Assembly: GCA_049322215.1 (NCBI GenBank)
Contig: JBMORU010000001.1
Span: forward strand, 969,759-1,033,758
Origin: Patescibacteria group bacterium
Lineage (GTDB): Bacteria > Patescibacteriota > WWE3 > UBA101185 > UBA10185
Direction: 5' to 3'
Length of the DNA: 64,000 nucleotides
Every line of letters starts with the position of its first letter. Within the stretch, counting starts at the first letter, position 1. The translations under genes were made by a program, and so were the position numbers. Shown here one piece after another: positions 59,144-64,000 of this stretch. The notes under the pieces were generated by a model that was not told where the DNA came from, ran no database searches, and saw only the letters and a program-made list of their open reading frames with translations.

Positions 59144-59827
59144 ATGAAATCAAATGCACATGCACTAGGAAAAAAAGCCATAAAAGCAGCCTTAAATAAA
59201 GATTGGAAAGCTGCTGTTGAACTTAATCTGGAAGTGTTGGAGGAAGCACCAAAAGACATACCCGCAAAAATCAGATTAGGAAGAGCCTATTTAGAGCTTA
59301 AAGAGTTTGCAAAGGCAAAAAAACTGTTTAAAGAGGTCTTAGAATCAGATCCTATAAATTCTGTAGCAAAGAAAAATTATGAATTAGCAAAAAGTAAAAC
59401 TGTAGTAAAAGACGCGATCATAGATAAAAAAAGCTTAATCAGAGAACCAGGTACTACAGATGTAGTTTGGATGGAAATAATAGCGCCAAGAATTACAGCT
59501 AATAACTTTAAACCAAAAGAAATGCTCAACTTTAGAATTAACAAAAATACAGTAACAATATTAAAGGAACATTCTAAAAGTGGTGAAACAGACATTCATG
59601 TAGGTAATATAGAAAAAGATTATGCAGCTAGATTAAAAAAGGCCAAAGACAAAGAAGCTGAAATAACAATTCAATTCATTGAGGGCAATGACAAACAAAT
59701 TAAGCTTGAATTGACTTCAACTGAACCAGTTTTTAGGGCAGAAAAGCAAGAAGTCAGACCTTACTTTAAACAAGATAATACAATCATAGAGGAAAGCCCC
59801 TTCGCTGACATAGACGATGAAGAATGA
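59144..59827 (+). CDS. TPR-repeat-containing hypothetical protein
   Basis: N-terminal TPR-like helices (KAIKAALNKDWKAAVELNLEVLE...LGRAYLELKEFAKAKKLFKEVLESDP). Confidence 0.5.
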   Translation: MKSNAHALGKKAIKAALNKDWKAAVELNLEVLEEAPKDIPAKIRLGRAYLELKEFAKAKKLFKEVLESDPINSVAKKNYELAKSKTVVKDAIIDKKSLIREPGTTDVVWMEIIAPRITANNFKPKEMLNFRINKNTVTILKEHSKSGETDIHVGNIEKDYAARLKKAKDKEAEITIQFIEGNDKQIKLELTSTEPVFRAEKQEVRPYFKQDNTIIEESPFADIDDEE

Positions 59828-59830
59828 GAA

Positions 59831-59860
59831 AGGCCGCATTATTAAATGCGGCCTTTTTTT
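59831..59860 (+). terminator. intrinsic terminator (AGGCCGCAT tattaa ATGCGGCCT + T7)
   Basis: Perfect 9-bp GC-rich stem plus T-run after the TPR gene. Confidence 0.8.
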
Positions 59861-59890
59861 CGTTTGCTAAATAACTAACCCGTAAATTCT

Positions 59891-60724
59891 TTAACGCAGA
59901 TCCTCATCATTAATTACACTAGGATCAAATTCCTTCAGCTCTGGCTCTATCTGAGTGGATGAGGTAGGTTGGGTTTTGGGCGTTAAAGGTTCTGTAGGCA
60001 TTTCCAAAGCTTCTACAGGCGGTACTGGTGGTACTGGTGGCTTTACAACATCAACCGAAGGTGGTGGAGGTGCAACCGGCTGAGGGGCTGGTGTAGAAGG
60101 CTCAAGAGGAATATCCCCTGCAGGCGCAATCACTTCCTGTGGCTGCGGAGGCACAGGAGTAGAGTTAGGTGTGGGAGATTCAGCTAAACTAGGTGCATCC
60201 GTAGCTGTTTTAGAAGGTGCTACCGACTTTTCATCTTTCACAACGCTATCAAGAGTGGCAAAAGGTGCTTTTAAATTATTTGCAGGAACTTCAACACGAA
60301 CTTTATTGTTTACCTCTAAATCGTTAAAGCTTGCAGCAGCCTCAGAAATAACATATGAACCGGCATCTGTTAACACATGCCACTGACCATCTTTTTTAGA
60401 AACTACGCCTTCTAAAATCTTTCTGTCGATTTTTTCCACTTGCTTAAATAATTTCTTCCCACCGTCTTCAATCATTTTTAAGGTATCGCCATAGGCCAGC
60501 ATTGATTTCGCAGCATAATTGGGGTTAACCTCATACTTCTGACCGTCTTCAGTAATCATATTGAACCCATCAAACACTCCCATAACACCGGGTACTTCTC
60601 TGTAGGACACTTTTGTGGCCTCATCAACCGTTTTTAAAAGCGCCTTAACTTTAGCTAAACTTTTTTCTATAGCATCAATTTGAGATTTTATAGAATTTAT
60701 GTCTTTTGATATATCGGCAGACAT
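59891..60724 (-). CDS. hypothetical protein with a Pro-rich C-terminal half
   Basis: PVPPQPQ...PAPQPVAPPPPSVDVVKPPVPPVPPV. Last gene of the minus-strand unit with the VirD4-like ATPase. Confidence 0.45.
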   Translation of the reverse strand: MSADISKDINSIKSQIDAIEKSLAKVKALLKTVDEATKVSYREVPGVMGVFDGFNMITEDGQKYEVNPNYAAKSMLAYGDTLKMIEDGGKKLFKQVEKIDRKILEGVVSKKDGQWHVLTDAGSYVISEAAASFNDLEVNNKVRVEVPANNLKAPFATLDSVVKDEKSVAPSKTATDAPSLAESPTPNSTPVPPQPQEVIAPAGDIPLEPSTPAPQPVAPPPPSVDVVKPPVPPVPPVEALEMPTEPLTPKTQPTSSTQIEPELKEFDPSVINDEDLR

Positions 60725-60770
60725 TTGCCTCCTCTCATTTAAGTTTGTAAACTGACGGGCATTCTACAAT

Positions 60771-63332
60771 TCATTTGGAATGCCCAGTACTTTTCTCTGT
60801 TTCCATGGCTTTTCGTGCTTTATGCTCTTGGGAGATAGCTAAACCTTTATCGAACTGTCTATCTACCCAACGACGTATTCTTTCCTCTACAATGCGTCTA
60901 TCTGTACCGTAGTTTTGTCTACTTAGTTGAAGAGCACGTTCTCTGTTGGTAGCAGATCTAGGTACAAACGGTGGAACAGACTTTGCAGAAAAAGGCAAAG
61001 AAGTTGTTCCATTAATTACCATCTTAATATACATATTATACTTATCCAATGAAATTATATCGTTTGGAGTAAATTGAGGTGCAAACTCATTTGCAAGCAA
61101 TCGGGCATCACTCGCACCTAACCCAAAGGCAGCAATTGTTCCAACATTACCTAACACAGCACTCAATAAATAATCAGGAAGCTGAGATGTATATTGATGC
61201 GTTAGGTACAAACCTAGCTTATATTTACGTGACTCTGACAAAATAGACTCAAAACTACCTGTAGCAAAGTTTTGAAACTCGTCTACATATAAGTAAAATT
61301 CTCTTCTTTGTTCTGGGGCTAATTTTGCTCTTTGCAAGGCCATAAATTGAATTCTAGATACTAATAAGGCACCTAACAAATTGGCATTATCTTCACCTAC
61401 TTTACCTTTTGATAAATTTAGCAAAAGTATTTTTCCTGTATTCATGGCGTCCCAAATGTTAATTGTGGATTTTGGTTGACCCAATATATTTCGAATGGTT
61501 GTGGAAGCTAGAAATCTGTTTATTTTATTTTGTATGGGGGCAACCGCTTCTGTAGCTAATTTAGCATTCCCTCGCATAGCTGCGTACTCCTTTTCCCAAA
61601 ACTCCAAAACAACTGGGTCTTTTATATAGTGAAGAATATATTTTTGATAGTTCATGTCTCCAAGTAGGCGTGTAATAGAAAGCATGGTTGTGCCTGGGAC
61701 CTCAAGCAAAGTCAAAATAGCATAGTTTAACAAGTATTCTAACCTGGGTCCCCAGGAATATTCAAAGTGCACTTTAATTGCCGAAACAAGAGCAGATGCC
61801 ATTAAGTTTTTTTGTGACTGATCCTCTATTTCAAGTAAGTTAATTCCCACAGGATACGCAGTGTCAGAAGGATCAACTATTATTACATCTTTTAATCTGT
61901 GATCAGGAATATATTCCAAAACGTGGTCTATTAATTCGCCGTGTGGATCTAATACACCAACACCAAAACCATTATATATATCTTGCGTAATCATTGTTTC
62001 AAACAATGTCGACTTACCTACACCGGTTTTACCAATTAAATACATATGCCTTAAACGATCTCCCGTTGTATTATCTATACCAAAGGCAATACTCTGGCCT
62101 CTGTATGTAGTACGCCCAATATAGCAACAGTTTTCCGTTGGTAGATGTGAAGGGGGCTCCCCTTTTTTAGAATAAATCCATGACATATTAGGAGTTTCTA
62201 CATTAGATGTAGGCAAATGAAATATAGAAGCCATTTCAGTAATGTTTAATACATAACTGTTTTCCGTACTAAAAGTACGCGCCTTATATTTTTCAAAAGC
62301 CAATGAATTACTTACCTCATGATTAGTAATAAAGCTATTTAAGTTAGATGTGGAAAACTGGCGCATCGAGGCAGAAAAAGACCTTACTAGGTTTTTTGAA
62401 CGCTCCTGAGAATTAGAAGAAGCCAAAATTCTTATACTTACCTCAAAACCCATTTTCTCTAGCTTTGTTTCTATTGCTTCTACCATAACTTCTTCGGAAC
62501 CGGTTAGCTCTGGTTTCTCTGGAGCACTAGGGCCGGAAGACTGCTTACTACCTAAACCACTATCAGCAGAACTTCCAGCCAAAGCATCCGCAATTCCTCC
62601 AACTACGGCATATGTTAATGTTAAAAGTAAATCCAAAACAAAATCTAAAACATTGAAACCTTTTCTTTTTGATACAGCTTTTCCTGTAAGTAATTCTTTC
62701 ACATAATCGTAACCTTCTTCTTGCCAAACATCTGCAATTGGCCGTACAAGTAATTGTAACCACACAGTTTCCCCTTCTTCGGCCTCAGATAAAGCAGAAG
62801 TTAATGCAGCTAATGGGTCTACTTCAAAATCTCTAAATGTCTTTATAGGAAATATTTGGTTTTTTAATAAATTCATGTGAGCAACTTCAAATTTTTTATC
62901 TATAGGCTCAATGGCGTAGTCATCTACACGTTCGATGTGCGCTTCAGGGTATTGTGCATAAATTTGGCTTTCTACAAATTTATAAATGTGTCTAGGAACA
63001 ACAGCAAAAAATCTAATACCTTTAGCGTCTGAAGTTATTTCAAAAGTAAAGTGTTCTTGAACACCTGCATCTTCTCGCAACAATCCGTGCAAAGAAGCAA
63101 ACATCTGTTCTGCGGCAATAGGGGCTGTTTTGGTTACACCAATTTCAGGCATATCGCTCCAGGGAACCTGTATTTGAAGAAACACAGGATCATCAATTTT
63201 TTCTTCAACTATAGGTGTATCTTTTCTTTTTTTGGCTAAAACTAAAACTACGACAATTACTGCCACTAATGGGATAACAAGTAAAAAAGGTAAAATGGGC
63301 TGTAAAGAATTAAATATCTGATTAAAATTCAT
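60771..63332 (-). CDS. VirD4/TraG/TraD-like (type IV coupling protein-like) P-loop ATPase with an N-terminal TM and about 400-aa unknown domain (start revised to the ATG at 63332)
   Basis: Walker A LIGKTGVGKST. Walker B / TraG-D_C-like FYLYVDEFQNF. Perfect SD AAGGAGGTG 9 nt upstream. The listed start at 63344 is GTG. Confidence 0.6.
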   Translation of the reverse strand: MNFNQIFNSLQPILPFLLVIPLVAVIVVVLVLAKKRKDTPIVEEKIDDPVFLQIQVPWSDMPEIGVTKTAPIAAEQMFASLHGLLREDAGVQEHFTFEITSDAKGIRFFAVVPRHIYKFVESQIYAQYPEAHIERVDDYAIEPIDKKFEVAHMNLLKNQIFPIKTFRDFEVDPLAALTSALSEAEEGETVWLQLLVRPIADVWQEEGYDYVKELLTGKAVSKRKGFNVLDFVLDLLLTLTYAVVGGIADALAGSSADSGLGSKQSSGPSAPEKPELTGSEEVMVEAIETKLEKMGFEVSIRILASSNSQERSKNLVRSFSASMRQFSTSNLNSFITNHEVSNSLAFEKYKARTFSTENSYVLNITEMASIFHLPTSNVETPNMSWIYSKKGEPPSHLPTENCCYIGRTTYRGQSIAFGIDNTTGDRLRHMYLIGKTGVGKSTLFETMITQDIYNGFGVGVLDPHGELIDHVLEYIPDHRLKDVIIVDPSDTAYPVGINLLEIEDQSQKNLMASALVSAIKVHFEYSWGPRLEYLLNYAILTLLEVPGTTMLSITRLLGDMNYQKYILHYIKDPVVLEFWEKEYAAMRGNAKLATEAVAPIQNKINRFLASTTIRNILGQPKSTINIWDAMNTGKILLLNLSKGKVGEDNANLLGALLVSRIQFMALQRAKLAPEQRREFYLYVDEFQNFATGSFESILSESRKYKLGLYLTHQYTSQLPDYLLSAVLGNVGTIAAFGLGASDARLLANEFAPQFTPNDIISLDKYNMYIKMVINGTTSLPFSAKSVPPFVPRSATNRERALQLSRQNYGTDRRIVEERIRRWVDRQFDKGLAISQEHKARKAMETEKSTGHSK

Positions 63333-63380
63333 TTGTTTGTACACCTCCTTAGCATAAAAATAGCTTTATAAACACATCAA

Positions 63381-63405
63381 CCCCGCCCAAAATTTGGGGC
63401 GGGGT
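63381..63405 (-). terminator. GC hairpin CCCCGCCC aaaatttg GGGCGGGG; a putative terminator/attenuator between the 63437 gene and the VirD4-like gene
   Basis: Perfect 8-bp G/C stem in AT-rich DNA, followed on the minus strand by a moderately U-rich tract. Confidence 0.45.
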
Positions 63406-63436
63406 GAAGAAAGGAGAGAGACTTGGCATTATATTC

Positions 63437-64000
63437 TCACAAAGCGTTTGCTATGTCAAGCCCTAGAATGACAGTAATATCCGATCGTTCTATTTCATTT
63501 TCTGTCAGTGTTTTCAAAGAGTCCTTTGGAAGAATATTAGAAATGTTAAAAAATTTTGCTATATACTTAACTGAGGGAGAATCTGGATTTTTTGCGATAA
63601 TTAAACTTTCAGAATAAACTTTACCAGCATTGCTCGTAGCTATAACATGCAAGCCTGCATTATTTAAAACTCTAGAGCCATGAGATGCTAAACCTGGCTG
63701 TGTTGTTCCATTTAAAACTGTAGTACTTTCACCATCATGTGTAATTTTGGAATTAAAGGTTATATCCCCAATTAACGTATCTACTTTTGCAAAATCACTT
63801 ATTAAAGCAGTATCAATGTTTACGGGATTAGCATGCATGAGAGTAGAGTTTGAAATAAACTTATGAATATAGTGAAGTTCAGATAAAGTGAAGTTTGTTT
63901 CAATGGAACTTTGTAACTTACTTACAAAATCCATATTGACCAAACTAAGCAAAGACCCTTCCGGTGACGCAGCCTCTAAATAAGTAGAGGCACTCTTATC
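63437..64000 (-). CDS. hypothetical protein, 5' partial (the frame stays open to the window edge)
   Basis: No stop codon upstream in frame through nt 64000. Confidence 0.4.
   Translation of the reverse strand, partial: DKSASTYLEAASPEGSLLSLVNMDFVSKLQSSIETNFTLSELHYIHKFISNSTLMHANPVNIDTALISDFAKVDTLIGDITFNSKITHDGESTTVLNGTTQPGLASHGSRVLNNAGLHVIATSNAGKVYSESLIIAKNPDSPSVKYIAKFFNISNILPKDSLKTLTENEIERSDITVILGLDIANAL

Overview
This 64-kb window comes from a low-GC bacterial chromosome: background is about 27-37% GC by my window counts, and TGA is used as a stop codon (for example at nusB). Gene content suggests a single-membrane (monoderm) envelope: there are sortase-type LPXTG substrates and a type IV pilus system with no secretin. 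The small housekeeping repertoire further suggests a reduced genome. A CPR/Patescibacteria-like organism such as Saccharibacteria is my inference only.

Housekeeping genes found: pheS (5' partial), pheT, a class-A PBP, tyrS, recG, rsmD, pyk, rpmF, nusB, an ACP-like gene, rnc, rpsP, a KH-domain protein, trmD, holB-like, gyrB, ppa, gyrA, a DHH phosphoesterase, rnhB, an IMPDH/GMP-reductase-family enzyme, a Xer recombinase, ruvC and yebC.

The dominant feature is a roughly 21-kb minus-strand type IV pilus super-operon (20533-41441). Read in transcription order it is pilB, pilT, pilC, pilin, [single-TM protein + about 1000-aa Cys-rich secreted protein] twice, PilX-like, pilD, seven prepilin genes, PilX-like, pilM, pilN, pilO. 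There is no pilP or pilQ.

Accessory and unusual content:
- Three tandem paralogous lipoprotein genes (10434-13493), each with its own terminator and the identical 13-mer CCTATAGTATAAT at its promoter. They are markedly GC-rich (50-63% by hand count).
- Several other GC-rich secreted or hypothetical genes carrying a related CTATAGG element beside a TATAAT -10.
- An ACP homologue whose phosphopantetheinylation Ser is replaced by Asp.
- Two tandem LPXTG/LPETG wall-anchored paralogs.
- An orphan pilin beside an LMW-PTP-like gene.
- A VirD4/TraG-like ATPase operon.
- A Xer recombinase with a dif-like 11-6-11 palindrome, in an 840-bp AT-rich leader that also carries TATGACAAC direct repeats.

I did not recognise any rRNA, tRNA, CRISPR array or IS element by eye.
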